The translations under genes were made by a program, and so were the position numbers. Under the pieces are notes generated by a model. It was not told the origin of the DNA and ran no database searches. It was given only the letters and a program-made list of their open reading frames with translations. This document shows positions 40,020 to 50,208 of a DNA stretch of 64,000 nucleotides, piece after piece. Location: the NCBI GenBank assembly GCA_029945855.1, contig JAQSDJ010000324.1, forward strand, positions 40,101-104,100. Reading direction: 5' to 3'. The stretch is from Lacunisphaera sp. Lineage in GTDB: Bacteria > Verrucomicrobiota > Verrucomicrobiia > Opitutales > Opitutaceae. Positions within the stretch are counted from its first letter, which is position 1, and the number at the start of each line of letters is the position of its first letter.

Positions 40020-40087
40020 GTGAAATGAAGGCGGGAGTCTACGAGTCGTGACACCAAATGCACGCGCACAATGCGCCGGGCACCGGT

Positions 40088-40969
40088 TCAGCCGTGCACG
40101 ATTTCAGTGCCTACACCTGTGTCGGTAAAAATCTCCAGCAGCAGGCTGTGCGGCATCCGGCCGTCGATGAAATGCACCCGCTGCACGCCTTCCTCGAGGG
40201 CGCGGACGGCGCTCTGCACCTTGGGGCGCATGCCCTTGTCGATAATACCCTTCTTCTTCAAGCCGTCGACCTCGCTCACCTTGACGGTGGAGATCAGCGT
40301 GTCGGGATTCTTGAAATCGGCGAGCAGGCCGGGCACGTCGCTCATGTAGACGAGCCGGCGGGCGCGCAGGGCGCTGGCCACGCGGCCGGCCACGAGATCC
40401 GCGTTCACGTTGTAGGGTTTGCCGTCGAGGCCCTCGGCCACCGGCGAGATCACGGGCATGTAGCCGTCGGCGATCTCCTTCTTGATCATCTTGACCTTCA
40501 CCTCGGTGACATCGCCGACGAAGCCGAGGTCGATCGGCTGGCCGTCGTCGTCCACGGTGAGTTTCTCGCAGACGATCACGCTGTCGCCAGGCATGCCCTT
40601 CGGGTTGGCGCGGACCGCCGTGAGCGTGTCGCACACGTCCTTGTTCACGACCTCGTCGAGCGTCTTCTTGACGATGGCGATGGTCGCCTCGTCGGTGACG
40701 CGCAGGCCGTTGATGAAATTCGGCTTCAGGCCGGCCCCGTCCATCGCGCGGCTGATGGCCTTGCCGCCGCCGTGCACAACGACGACATTGATGCCGACGG
40801 CCGCAAGGAAAGCGATGTCCGTGGCCACCCGGCGGCGCATGGTCGGGTCAGGATCATCCATGAAGCTGCCGCCGTATTTGACGACGAAGGTCGAGCCGCG
40901 GAAATCATGGATGTAAGGCAGCGCCTCGTGCAACACGCGCGCCTTGGCGATGATCTCGGTGACGTCCAT
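40088..40969 (-). CDS. argB: Acetylglutamate kinase
   Basis: [33 protein letters not shown]. Confidence 0.97.
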   Translation of the reverse strand: MDVTEIIAKARVLHEALPYIHDFRGSTFVVKYGGSFMDDPDPTMRRRVATDIAFLAAVGINVVVVHGGGKAISRAMDGAGLKPNFINGLRVTDEATIAIVKKTLDEVVNKDVCDTLTAVRANPKGMPGDSVIVCEKLTVDDDGQPIDLGFVGDVTEVKVKMIKKEIADGYMPVISPVAEGLDGKPYNVNADLVAGRVASALRARRLVYMSDVPGLLADFKNPDTLISTVKVSEVDGLKKKGIIDKGMRPKVQSAVRALEEGVQRVHFIDGRMPHSLLLEIFTDTGVGTEIVHG

Positions 40970-40977
40970 GGCGGGGT

Positions 40978-42117
40978 TCAGAGATTCTCGTGCACGACCT
41001 TCGCCGGCGGAAAGCCGTTGAACCAGGTCGCGGAGGCGTGGCTGTAGGCGCCGATGTTGACGCTGTAGACGAGGTCGCCGCGCTGGAGGTCGGGCAGGTT
41101 CTCGGCCATTGAGACGACGTCGAGCGCGTCGCAGGTGGGGCCGAAGACGGAACAGATGCTGGTCGGGCCCTTCTTGAACGAGTGGATCGGATACTTGCAG
41201 TGGTCGAAGATGATGCCTGAGTAGGTGTGGTAGACGCCGTCGTTGATGTAGAAGCTCGTCTTGCCCTCGCGCACGACCTTGCCGATGACCGACGAGATGC
41301 TGGTGCCGCACACGGCGGCGAGAAAACGTCCGGGCTCGGCGAGCACCTGGATGTTTTTCGGGAAAAGGCGGTCGAGCTCGGTGTTGATCACCTTGGCCAG
41401 CTCGGGGAACGGCCGCACCGAGGAGTCATACGGCGCCGGGAAACCGCCGCCGATGTCGAGCAGGTTCATCTTCGTGTAACCGCGGTCCTTGGCCTCCTGG
41501 AAGATGTTGGCGGTGAGGCTGAGCGCCTGGACGTAGTTCTCGAAGTTGGTCGTCTGGCTGCCGACGTGGAAGCTGATGCCCTCGACGGTCAGGCCGAGCC
41601 GGTCGGCCTCGAGGATGAGGTCCACCGCCTCGCCCGGCAGGGCGCCGAACTTGGACGAGAGCTCCACCATCGCGCCGGTGTTCGGCACCTTGAGGCGCAG
41701 CGCGAGGCCGGCGTCCGGCGCGTGCTGCTTGATCTTGTGGATCTCCTCGAGGTTGTCGAAGGTGACGAGCGGCTTGTATTTGTTCAGCTGCTCGAGCGTG
41801 TCCGTCGGCTTGGTCGGGTTAGCGTAGATGATCTTGTCCCAGATCCACTGCTGGCGCTGCTTCGCCGGCATCTGCTTGATGTTGTCGTAGACGATCTTGA
41901 ACTCCGGCATCGAGGCGACGTCGAAGCTCGCGCCCTCCTTGAAGAGGGTGCGCACGATCAGCGGATCGGGGTTGGCCTTGACCGCGTAGTAGACCTGGAT
42001 GCGCGGCAGGTGCCGGCGGAATTCCCGGTAGGCCTTCCGCAGGGCGTCATGGTCGATGACGAACAGCGGGGTGCCGTGTTGCTGGGCGAGTTGCTGGAGG
42101 CGGGTCTTCGTGATCAT
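40978..42117 (-). CDS. Fold-type III PLP decarboxylase (ornithine decarboxylase-like)
   Basis: YAVKAN (PLP Lys), SFHVGSQ, LDIGGGF, AEPGR, GPTCD. Confidence 0.92.
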   Translation of the reverse strand: MITKTRLQQLAQQHGTPLFVIDHDALRKAYREFRRHLPRIQVYYAVKANPDPLIVRTLFKEGASFDVASMPEFKIVYDNIKQMPAKQRQQWIWDKIIYANPTKPTDTLEQLNKYKPLVTFDNLEEIHKIKQHAPDAGLALRLKVPNTGAMVELSSKFGALPGEAVDLILEADRLGLTVEGISFHVGSQTTNFENYVQALSLTANIFQEAKDRGYTKMNLLDIGGGFPAPYDSSVRPFPELAKVINTELDRLFPKNIQVLAEPGRFLAAVCGTSISSVIGKVVREGKTSFYINDGVYHTYSGIIFDHCKYPIHSFKKGPTSICSVFGPTCDALDVVSMAENLPDLQRGDLVYSVNIGAYSHASATWFNGFPPAKVVHENL

Positions 42118-42127
42118 GGGCGGCGCG

Positions 42128-43585
42128 TCACCCGGCGTCCGTCACCAGGAAGTTCTTGAACTGCCACGGATCCTTCCGGTCGAGGTCGGGCTTGTGGTAA
42201 CCGTCGAAGGTCGTGTCGCGGCTCTGCAGCGGGGTCCAGTCCGAGGGCGTGGAGATCCACTTGCCGAGGTAGGGCTTCGCGATCTTGAGGATGTAATCAT
42301 GCGGCAGCTCGTCGGCGACGACGACCCCCTGCTCGGGATTTTCGATCATCCACATCGACGCGGCGACGACGGAAATGGCGACCTGCATGGTGGTGGCGTT
42401 CTGGTGCGGGACCAGGCGGCGGGATTCCTCGATGCTGAGATCGGAGCCGACCCACCACGAGTTGTAGTCGTGGCCCATGATCAGCGCGCCGAGGATGTCG
42501 GAACCCTTGGTGATCTCGTCGTTCATGATGCGCTGGTTCTCGACGAGGCGGTAGTTGTAGCCACGCATCTCGTTGAGCGAGGCGATGGCCTCGTCGCAGG
42601 GGCAATAGGCGTAATGCATCGTCGGGCGGTAGACGGCCTTGCCGTTCTTCCAGACCGTGAGCTTGTCGGAGATGGTGAAGGCCTCGCCGTGGCGGACGAC
42701 CATGCCGAGGATGTTGTAGTTGGGCACCCAGGTGCGGACCCAGGTGTTCATGCCCATGCGGGCGAGACAGATCTGGTTGCGCGGCCCTTCCGTGTGCTCG
42801 AAGGCGTGCGCCGGGAGCGTCTTCTCGTGCGTGCCCCAGCCCATTTCGGCGGTCGTGGTGCCTTCCTCGCGGAAGCCCTCGATGCTCCAGGTGTTCACGA
42901 ACTCGTCCACTTCCTTCGGCTGGTTCGTGATCTGGGTGTCGCGCTCGGAGCAGTGGATGACCTTCACCCCCAAGGTGTGCGCGAGGTGGTTGAACTGGCG
43001 GGTCGCGATGAGGCCGGCGATCTTCTCGGCTTTCTTGCCCGCGGCCTTCCCGTCCTTGATGAGCTTGTGGCCGATGTCGATGAGGCCCTGCTTGACGAAA
43101 TGGGAGATGAGGCCGGGGTTGGCGCCGTGCTCGATGACGGCGGACGGGCCCTTGGTCTGCCACTTGGCGGTCATCCGCCGCAGGTTCATGTGGCGGTAAT
43201 AAAGCGTCTTCTTGGTCGGATGGGCGTTGGCGCCGTGCGCGTAGGGATCCCAGAGCTCGGTCGAGGTGTTGATATACTTCACGCCGTGGTCGTGGCACCA
43301 CTGGAGGATCTCGCAGGCGTCGATGTTCCAGGCGAGGTCGATGAGCAGGTCGCCGGGGCCGACATGCTTCGCGAGCAACGCGCCCATGTTGGCCTCGGTC
43401 ACGCGGTCGCGCACATAACGGACACCCTGCTTGATCCAAGGCGCGAGCTTGGCCTTGCGATCCGCAAAATCCATCACCGTGACATTCTTCGCCGGCACCT
43501 GGAGGTGCTTGAAGAGAATGGGCAGGGTGCATTCGGCCACGGCGCCGTAGCCGACGAACAGGATCTTGTTGGGGAATTTGAGCAT
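42128..43585 (-). CDS. hss: Homospermidine synthase
   Basis: Rossmann GYGAV, HGANPGLISHF, NTWSIEGF, HGEAFTIS, YRPTMHYAYCPCD, QNATTMQV. Confidence 0.93.
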   Translation of the reverse strand: MLKFPNKILFVGYGAVAECTLPILFKHLQVPAKNVTVMDFADRKAKLAPWIKQGVRYVRDRVTEANMGALLAKHVGPGDLLIDLAWNIDACEILQWCHDHGVKYINTSTELWDPYAHGANAHPTKKTLYYRHMNLRRMTAKWQTKGPSAVIEHGANPGLISHFVKQGLIDIGHKLIKDGKAAGKKAEKIAGLIATRQFNHLAHTLGVKVIHCSERDTQITNQPKEVDEFVNTWSIEGFREEGTTTAEMGWGTHEKTLPAHAFEHTEGPRNQICLARMGMNTWVRTWVPNYNILGMVVRHGEAFTISDKLTVWKNGKAVYRPTMHYAYCPCDEAIASLNEMRGYNYRLVENQRIMNDEITKGSDILGALIMGHDYNSWWVGSDLSIEESRRLVPHQNATTMQVAISVVAASMWMIENPEQGVVVADELPHDYILKIAKPYLGKWISTPSDWTPLQSRDTTFDGYHKPDLDRKDPWQFKNFLVTDAG

Positions 43586-43750
43586 GATTTGTGACGAGGT
43601 GTTGCGGAGATAACGACAGGCGCGCGCGCAAATGAAACGGCGTCCCGTCAAATTATTTGTGAGGAAATGTGGGGGCGATTCGCGGGCGACTGCAAGCGAT
43701 TATTGAGTGACAAACCGGTGGCGGACGGAGCCCACAACAGATCGGTTGAG

Positions 43751-43811
43751 GTGGGTCGGGCTTTACGCCCGACATGAAGCCGCGACCTGTCGGGGATAAA
43801 CCCCGACCTAC
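43751..43811. repeat. REP-like doublet, GTAGGTCGGG family
   Basis: GTGGGTCGGGCTTTACGCCCGACA and inverted TGTCGGGGATAAACCCCGACCTAC between argJ and hss. Confidence 0.8.
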
Positions 43812-43828
43812 AAAACTCCGCCCTCGCT

Positions 43829-45061
43829 TCACTCGCTCTTGTTGTAGTTCACGTAACCCTCGGTGAGGTCGCTCGCGAGCAGGCGGAACGTCGCCTTCCC
43901 GAGGTGGAGGTTCAGTGTGATGGTGAAGCGGCGGGCCTTCACGATCTCCTTCCACTTCGGCTTGAGCTCGGGATGCGGCTTGCCGGCGGTCATTGCCGGC
44001 GTGTCGTTGTAAAGGATGTCCAGCTTGGCCTCGACCAGCTTGGCGCCCGCGTAGCCGGCGGCGTCGGCCAGGCGGCCCCAGTTCGGGTCCTCGCCATACC
44101 AGGAGGATTTTACCAGCAGCGAGTTGCCGATGGCGCGGGCCACCTTCTCGGCGTCCTCGGCGGAAGCCGCGCCGTTGATCCGGAGCTCGACCACCTTGGT
44201 GATCTTCTCACCGTCGGAGACGATCTTCTCGGCCAGCGCCTCGCAGGCCTTCCAGACCGCCTCGGCGAACAGCACGCGCAGCTCGCGCGGACTCTTGTCG
44301 CCGACGCTGACGCCGGAGTGGCCGTTGGCCAGCATGAGCACAGTGTCGTTGGTGCTCATGTCGCCGTCCACGGTGATGCAGTTGAAGGTGCCGGCGACGG
44401 CCTCGGAGAGCGTCTTTTGGAGGAAGCTGCGCGGCACGGAGAAATCCGTCGCGAGGAACGCCAGCATGGTGGCCATGTTGGGCTGGATCATGCCCGCGCC
44501 CTTGGCGATGCCGGAGACGAAGTGCTTCTTGCCGTCGTAGGTGAAGCTCACCGTGACGGTCTTCGCCCGGGTGTCGGAGGTCAGGATGGCGTCGGCGGCC
44601 TGCTTGCCGTGCGCGGGGGTGCGGCCTTTCTCGCTGACCGCGCGCTCGAGGCCCTTGAGGAGCCGGGGCATCGGCATCGGCTGGCCGATGCGACCGGTCG
44701 AGCACACGAAGAACGAGGCAGGCTTGAAGTTGAGCGAGGCGGCGGCGCGCTGCGCGGTCAGCTGGGCGTCGCGCAGGCCGTCGGGGCCGGTGCAGGCGTT
44801 GGCGTTGCCGGAGTTGGCGATGATGCCGTGGAACGGCCCGCCCTCGGCGAGGTGCTTCTGGTCGAGCAGCACCGGGGCGGCCTTGACGGCGTTGGTCGTG
44901 AAGGTGCCGGCGGCGGTGCAGGGACGCAGGGAGAAGATCAACGCGAGGTCGAGGCGCTTGAGGTCGTGCTTCTCACGGATGTCGCAGGGCACGCCGGCGC
45001 ATTCGAAGCCGGGCACATCGGTGAGGCCGGCGCTATCCAGGGTAACGGTGAGTTGGGTCAT
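43829..45061 (-). CDS. argJ: Bifunctional ornithine acetyltransferase / acetylglutamate synthase
   Basis: NSGNANACTG, CSTGRIG, KGAGMIQPNMATML, DGDMSTND, DPNWGR. Confidence 0.97.
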   Translation of the reverse strand: MTQLTVTLDSAGLTDVPGFECAGVPCDIREKHDLKRLDLALIFSLRPCTAAGTFTTNAVKAAPVLLDQKHLAEGGPFHGIIANSGNANACTGPDGLRDAQLTAQRAAASLNFKPASFFVCSTGRIGQPMPMPRLLKGLERAVSEKGRTPAHGKQAADAILTSDTRAKTVTVSFTYDGKKHFVSGIAKGAGMIQPNMATMLAFLATDFSVPRSFLQKTLSEAVAGTFNCITVDGDMSTNDTVLMLANGHSGVSVGDKSPRELRVLFAEAVWKACEALAEKIVSDGEKITKVVELRINGAASAEDAEKVARAIGNSLLVKSSWYGEDPNWGRLADAAGYAGAKLVEAKLDILYNDTPAMTAGKPHPELKPKWKEIVKARRFTITLNLHLGKATFRLLASDLTEGYVNYNKSE

Positions 45062-45098
45062 TGAGGGGAAAGGGTCCGGCGCGGCGCGCCGGACGGCA

Positions 45099-46130
45099 TC
45101 AGGCGAGCCCGGCGGTCTCAGGGAAGCCGCACCAGAGGTTCATGATCTGGACGGCCTGGCCGCTGGCGCCCTTCATGAGGTTGTCGACCGCGGAGGTGAT
45201 CACGAAGTTGCCCGTCCGGGCGTCGTGGACGGCGGAGATGTCCACCCGGTTGGTGCCGGTGACATGGGCGGTGTCGGGCGTCTCGCCGGTGGGCAAAATC
45301 GCGACGAAGGGCCGGCTGGCGTAGGTCGCGCGCCAGGCCGCGTAGAGCGACTCGATGGTGGCGCCTTTCGCCGCGGGCACGGTGATGGTGGTGGCGATGC
45401 CGCGGCGCATCGGCGCGAGGTGCGGGTTGAACTGCACGATGATTGGCGCGCCGGCGGCGAGGGAAAGCTGTTCCTCGATCTCGGAGATATGCCGGTGCTT
45501 CAGCAGGCCGTAGGCCTTGGCGCTCTCGGTGCGCTCGACGTAGAGATACATCTCGTCGAGTTTCTTGCCGGCGCCGCTGACGCCACTGAAGGAGTTCACG
45601 ACAATGTGTTCGCGCGCGACAACGCCGGCCCGGAGCAGCGGCACAAGCGGCACGAGGGTGCTGGTCGGGTAGCAGCCGGGGGCGGCGGCGAGCTTGATCT
45701 CGGACTTCCACTTGGGATCCGTCAGCTCGGGCAGGACGAAGCGCGCCGAGGGCAGCAACCCGGGCGCGTGGTGCGCGCCGTAGTATTTCTCGTAGGTGGC
45801 GAGGTCGGCCACGCGGAAGTCGGCACTGAGGTCGATGACCTTGCGGCCGGCCGGCACGAGGGCCTGCGCGAAGTCGGCGGCGGCACCGTGCGGCAGGGCC
45901 AGGAACCACACGTCGATGTCCTTGCGCGCCGCGAGGGCGGCGGCGTCGGAGTCGATGAACCTGAGCTGCTCGGCCGCGGTCCCGCGCAGGGCCGGGATCA
46001 GGGAAGCGAGCGGCTTGCCCGCATGCTGGCGGGAGGTGACCGCGGTCAGTTTGACCTGCGGATGACCGAGGAGGAGCTTGACCAGAACTTCGCCGGAGTA
46101 ACCCGACGCGCCGACGATGCCGACATTCAT
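45099..46130 (-). CDS. argC: N-acetyl-gamma-glutamyl-phosphate reductase
   Basis: VGASGYSG, LALPHG, DLSADFR, PGCYPT, SGVSGAG, DNLMKGASGQA. Confidence 0.98.
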   Translation of the reverse strand: MNVGIVGASGYSGEVLVKLLLGHPQVKLTAVTSRQHAGKPLASLIPALRGTAAEQLRFIDSDAAALAARKDIDVWFLALPHGAAADFAQALVPAGRKVIDLSADFRVADLATYEKYYGAHHAPGLLPSARFVLPELTDPKWKSEIKLAAAPGCYPTSTLVPLVPLLRAGVVAREHIVVNSFSGVSGAGKKLDEMYLYVERTESAKAYGLLKHRHISEIEEQLSLAAGAPIIVQFNPHLAPMRRGIATTITVPAAKGATIESLYAAWRATYASRPFVAILPTGETPDTAHVTGTNRVDISAVHDARTGNFVITSAVDNLMKGASGQAVQIMNLWCGFPETAGLA

Positions 46131-46188
46131 TTCAGGGAGCGGTAGAATTATGAATTCCCCGGGGGGAATCGAGAAGTTTCGTGAGGAC

Positions 46189-46223
46189 AAAAAAGAAGCG
46201 GAGGCCGTGGGGCGCTCCGCTTC
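46189..46223 (-). terminator. Intrinsic terminator after rpsI
   Basis: GAAGCGGAG...CTCCGCTTC stem followed by a T-tract on the minus strand. Confidence 0.8.
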
Positions 46224-46246
46224 GGGTGAGTCGTGATCCAGTCCGG

Positions 46247-46649
<403 letters not shown>

Positions 46650-46652
46650 GGG

Positions 46653-47081
46653 TTACTTTAAAACAACAGGGTTCTGGGCCGCGTGATCGTGGGTGGCGCC
46701 CGGGAAGACGCGGAGTTTGGTCAGCATCTTGGCCGCCAGGCGGTTCCGCGGGAGCATACCTTTGACGGCCTGCATGATGATAAACTCGGGCTTCTTGCGG
46801 CGCACGTCGGTGAGCTTGCGATACTTCTCGCCGCCGACGAAGCCGGAGAACGACATGTATTCGGTGGTCTCTTCCTTCTTGCCGGTGAGGACGATCTTGC
46901 TCGCGTTGATGACGACGACGAAGTCGCCGGTGTCGACGTGGGGCGTGTAGGTGGGCTTGTGCCGGCCACGGAGGATGTTGGCGGCTTTAACAGCGAGACG
47001 GCCCAGCACCTGCCCTTCGGCATCGATCAGATGCCATTTGGCGGGCTGCTTGGTCTCATTCTTGGCCAGATAGGTTTTCAT
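46653..47081 (-). CDS. rplM: 50S ribosomal protein L13
   Basis: WHLIDAEGQVLGRLA, KPTYTPHVDTGDFVVVINA, AVKGMLP. Confidence 0.99.
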   Translation of the reverse strand: MKTYLAKNETKQPAKWHLIDAEGQVLGRLAVKAANILRGRHKPTYTPHVDTGDFVVVINASKIVLTGKKEETTEYMSFSGFVGGEKYRKLTDVRRKKPEFIIMQAVKGMLPRNRLAAKMLTKLRVFPGATHDHAAQNPVVLK

Positions 47082-47097
47082 TTGCGGAAAGGGGCCA

Positions 47098-47126
47098 AAG
47101 GGAAGGTTTTCGGCATGCCCTGTCAA
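47098..47126 (-). promoter_or_regulatory. Putative sigma70 promoter of rplM-rpsI
   Basis: TTGACA-N17-TCCCTT on the minus strand, same architecture as the tRNA-Pro promoter. Confidence 0.55.
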
Positions 47127-47330
47127 CCCCGAACCCTTCACATTTCTGAAATCAGCCGCCGGAGCGGCTTAACCCCTCGAAAATCGAGGTTTACAGCGGT
47201 CACCGCAAGGGAAACTCCCCCGCCAAAGCAGGTTTTGACCGCGGGCGACGGCGATCCGGCGAAACACATTGAAATAGCCGGGCAATGATGTGTTGGTTTG
47301 GCTACCGTCGTCGGATAAATCTCCCGCCCC

Positions 47331-47714
47331 ATGAACCGTCATCTTCACTGGATCACCCTCGCCGCCGGAATTCTTGGTTTTGCCGGGGTAGCGCTGGGGG
47401 CTTTCGGCGCCCACGCGCTCAAGGAGACCCTCACGGCCCGGGGCTCGGTCGCCACCTGGCAAACCGCCGTGCTTTACCACCTCATCCACGCGGTGGCCCT
47501 GCTCGCCTTGGTCGGAATTGCGGGCGGCTGGACCAATGTCCGCTGGATCGGCGTCTGCTGGAGCGTCGGCGTGGTCCTGTTTTCCGGATCGCTCTACTGG
47601 CTGTCCTTGGGCGGCCCAAAAATCCTCGGCCCCGTGACCCCGCTCGGCGGACTGGCCTTCCTCGCCGGCTGGCTGCTGGTGGCCTGGAACGCCTTCCGTC
47701 AATCCAGAGAATGA
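47331..47714 (+). CDS. DUF423 (YgdD/TMEM256) membrane protein
   Basis: GAFGAHAL, YHLIHA, LFSGSLY, GPVTPLGG. Confidence 0.9.
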   Translation: MNRHLHWITLAAGILGFAGVALGAFGAHALKETLTARGSVATWQTAVLYHLIHAVALLALVGIAGGWTNVRWIGVCWSVGVVLFSGSLYWLSLGGPKILGPVTPLGGLAFLAGWLLVAWNAFRQSRE

Positions 47715-49156
47715 AGCTGCCGCCGCCCCTGCTCGCCGCCCTCTCCGCCCTGCGTTCCGCGGGCGGACGGCCGCTGCTGGTCGGCGGCTGCGTGCGCGAC
47801 TGGCAGCTCGGGCTCGAGCCGAAGGATTTCGACATCGAGGTCTACGGGCTGGATTACGAAGCGCTGGGCCGGGCCCTGGGACCGTTCGGCCCCACCGACG
47901 TCGTCGGGCGCAGCTTCGGCGTGCTGAAGGTCCGGCTGGAGGGCGCCGAATACGATTTCAGCCTGCCCCGCCGCGAGTCCAAGACCGGCGCCGGCCACCG
48001 CGGCTTTGCCGTCGCGCCCGATCCGGCGCTGACCGAGGCCGAGGCGGCCGCCCGCCGGGACTTCACGATCAACGCGATGGCCTACGACCCGTTCGCCCAC
48101 CGCGTGCTGGATTTCCATGACGGCGCCGGCGACCTGCAGAAAAGAATTTTGCGGCACACCGGCCCGGCCTTCACCGAGGATCCGCTGCGCGTGCTGCGGG
48201 CGTTCCAGTTTGCGGCGCGTTTCGACCTGACGCTCGCCCCGGAGACGGCCGCGCTCTGCCGCTCCATCAGCGACACCTACGCCGAGCTGGCCATTGAGCG
48301 CGTCTGGGGCGAATGGGACAAGTGGGCGACCAAGGCCGTCAAGCCCTCCGCCGGCCTCCTCGTGCTGAAGCAAAGCGGCTGGCTGCGGCATTTCCCGGAA
48401 GTGGCCGCGCTCGACGGCGTGCCGCAGGAGCCCGAATGGCACCCCGAGGGCGATGTGTTCGTCCACACCTGCCATTGCCTCGACGCCCTGGTCGGCCTGG
48501 CGACGTGGCGCGAAAGTCCGGCCGAGGCCCGGCGCCTCCTCTCCTTCAGCGTGCTGGCCCACGACTTTGGCAAACCCGGCACGACCAAGCAGGCGCTGCG
48601 GCGCGGCAAGCTGCGCTGGGTGAGCCCCGAGCACGAGGCGGCGGGCGGGCTGCCCGCGGAAACCTTCCTGCAGCGCATCGGGGCGCCGCTGGAACTGGTC
48701 AATTTTGTGCGGCCGCTCGTGATGAATCATCTCTTGCACCACCAGGGCGGCCTGGTCGTCCGCGACACCACCGTCCGCCGGCTGGCCCGCAAGATCGAGC
48801 CCGCCACCATCGACCAGCTCATCGCGGTGATGCAATCCGACCACCTCGGCCGGCCGCCGCTGGTGCCCAACGAGACCGTGGTGCGCCTCGGTCACCTCCG
48901 CGACGCCGCGCGCCGGCTCGCGCTCGAGCATGCCGCCCCAAAGCCCGTGGTGCAGGGCCGCCATCTCATCGCACTGGGCCTGGCGCCCGGGCCGCAGTTC
49001 AAACCGGTGCTTGATGCGGCGTTTGAATCGCAACTGGACGGCGCCTTCGCCGACGAGGACGGCGGCCTCGAGTGGATGCGAAACTATTTGCGGGCCCACC
49101 CCACGGTTTTAGCCTCAACCCAGCATCCCACGCATGAACCATCCCAACCAACTTGA
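47711..49156 (+). CDS. cca: Class II CCA-adding enzyme with HD domain
   Basis: [25 protein letters not shown] loop, [25 protein letters not shown]; ATGA overlap. Confidence 0.85.
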   Translation: MKLPPPLLAALSALRSAGGRPLLVGGCVRDWQLGLEPKDFDIEVYGLDYEALGRALGPFGPTDVVGRSFGVLKVRLEGAEYDFSLPRRESKTGAGHRGFAVAPDPALTEAEAAARRDFTINAMAYDPFAHRVLDFHDGAGDLQKRILRHTGPAFTEDPLRVLRAFQFAARFDLTLAPETAALCRSISDTYAELAIERVWGEWDKWATKAVKPSAGLLVLKQSGWLRHFPEVAALDGVPQEPEWHPEGDVFVHTCHCLDALVGLATWRESPAEARRLLSFSVLAHDFGKPGTTKQALRRGKLRWVSPEHEAAGGLPAETFLQRIGAPLELVNFVRPLVMNHLLHHQGGLVVRDTTVRRLARKIEPATIDQLIAVMQSDHLGRPPLVPNETVVRLGHLRDAARRLALEHAAPKPVVQGRHLIALGLAPGPQFKPVLDAAFESQLDGAFADEDGGLEWMRNYLRAHPTVLASTQHPTHEPSQPT

Positions 49157-50084
49157 GCAGCTGAAGCAGTTCACCAAGGTCGTGGCCGACACCGGTGACT
49201 TTGCCAGCATGAAGGAATACGCGCCGCAGGACGCGACGACCAACCCCAGCCTCATCCTCAAGGCCGCCGCGATGCCCGGCTACGCGCACCTGCTGGACCA
49301 GGCGGTCAAGGACGCCGGGGCGACGGCCACCACCGCGCAGGTCATCGACCGCCTGCTGGTCCTCTTCGGCGCCGAGATCCTCCAGATCGTGCCCGGCCGC
49401 GTCTCGACCGAAGTGGACGCGCGCCTGTCGTTCGACCGCGACGGCTCCATCGCCAAGGCCCGCGAGATCATCGGCCTTTACGAGAAAGCCGGCCTGCCGC
49501 GCGAGCGCATCCTCATCAAGCTCGCCGCCACCTGGGAGGGCATCAAGGCCGCCGAGTTGCTCCAGCGGGAAAAGATCAACTGCAACCTGACCCTGCTCTT
49601 TTCGTTCGCCCAGGCGGTCGCCTGCGCCGAGGCCAAGGTGCAGCTCATCTCCCCTTTCGTCGGCCGCATCCTCGACTGGTATAAGAAAAACACGGGCCAG
49701 GACTACGCCCCCGCCGAGGATCCGGGCGTGAAGTCGGTCACCGAGATCTACACCTATTACAAGAAATTCGGCCATGCCACCGAGGTCATGGGCGCGTCCT
49801 TCCGCAACAAGGGCGAGATCACCGAGCTCGCCGGCTGCGACCTGCTCACCATCAGCCCGCCGTTGCTCGGCGAGCTCAAGGCCGGGACCGAGCCGCTCGT
49901 CCGCAAGCTCGATCCGGTCAAGGCGCAGGCCGCGGACTTGCAGCCGGTGACCTTTGACGAAAAAAGCTTCCGCTTCGCGTTGAACGAGGACGCCATGGCC
50001 ACGGAGAAAACCGCCGAGGGTATCCGCGTCTTCGCGGCCGACATCGTGAAGCTCGAGCAGCTCATCCGCCAGAAGCGCGGCTGA
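49134..50084 (+). CDS. tal: Transaldolase
   Basis: [56 protein letters not shown]. Confidence 0.98.
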   Translation: MNHPNQLEQLKQFTKVVADTGDFASMKEYAPQDATTNPSLILKAAAMPGYAHLLDQAVKDAGATATTAQVIDRLLVLFGAEILQIVPGRVSTEVDARLSFDRDGSIAKAREIIGLYEKAGLPRERILIKLAATWEGIKAAELLQREKINCNLTLLFSFAQAVACAEAKVQLISPFVGRILDWYKKNTGQDYAPAEDPGVKSVTEIYTYYKKFGHATEVMGASFRNKGEITELAGCDLLTISPPLLGELKAGTEPLVRKLDPVKAQAADLQPVTFDEKSFRFALNEDAMATEKTAEGIRVFAADIVKLEQLIRQKRG

Positions 50085-50113
50085 GCCATTTAGCATGCGC
50101 GTATTAGCATTCT

Positions 50114-50177
50114 GGTGGGGCGAATCCTCCGAATGAGCCGTCCCGCGCTTCAGCTCGTCGAGACGACTCGCCCTACC
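50114..50177. repeat. REP-like doublet, GTAGGGCGA family (copy 2)
   Basis: GGTGGGGCGAATCCTCCGAATGAGCCG...GCTCGTCGAGACGACTCGCCCTACC. Confidence 0.8.
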
Positions 50178-50208
50178 CGCAACAGCCAAAACATTGACCG
50201 ACTCCTGC

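Noticed and set aside
46141-46160. Possible ArgR box upstream of argC (AGAATTATGAATT)
   Set aside because: Only a half-match to the ARG box, no tandem partner, and no equivalent seen before argG.
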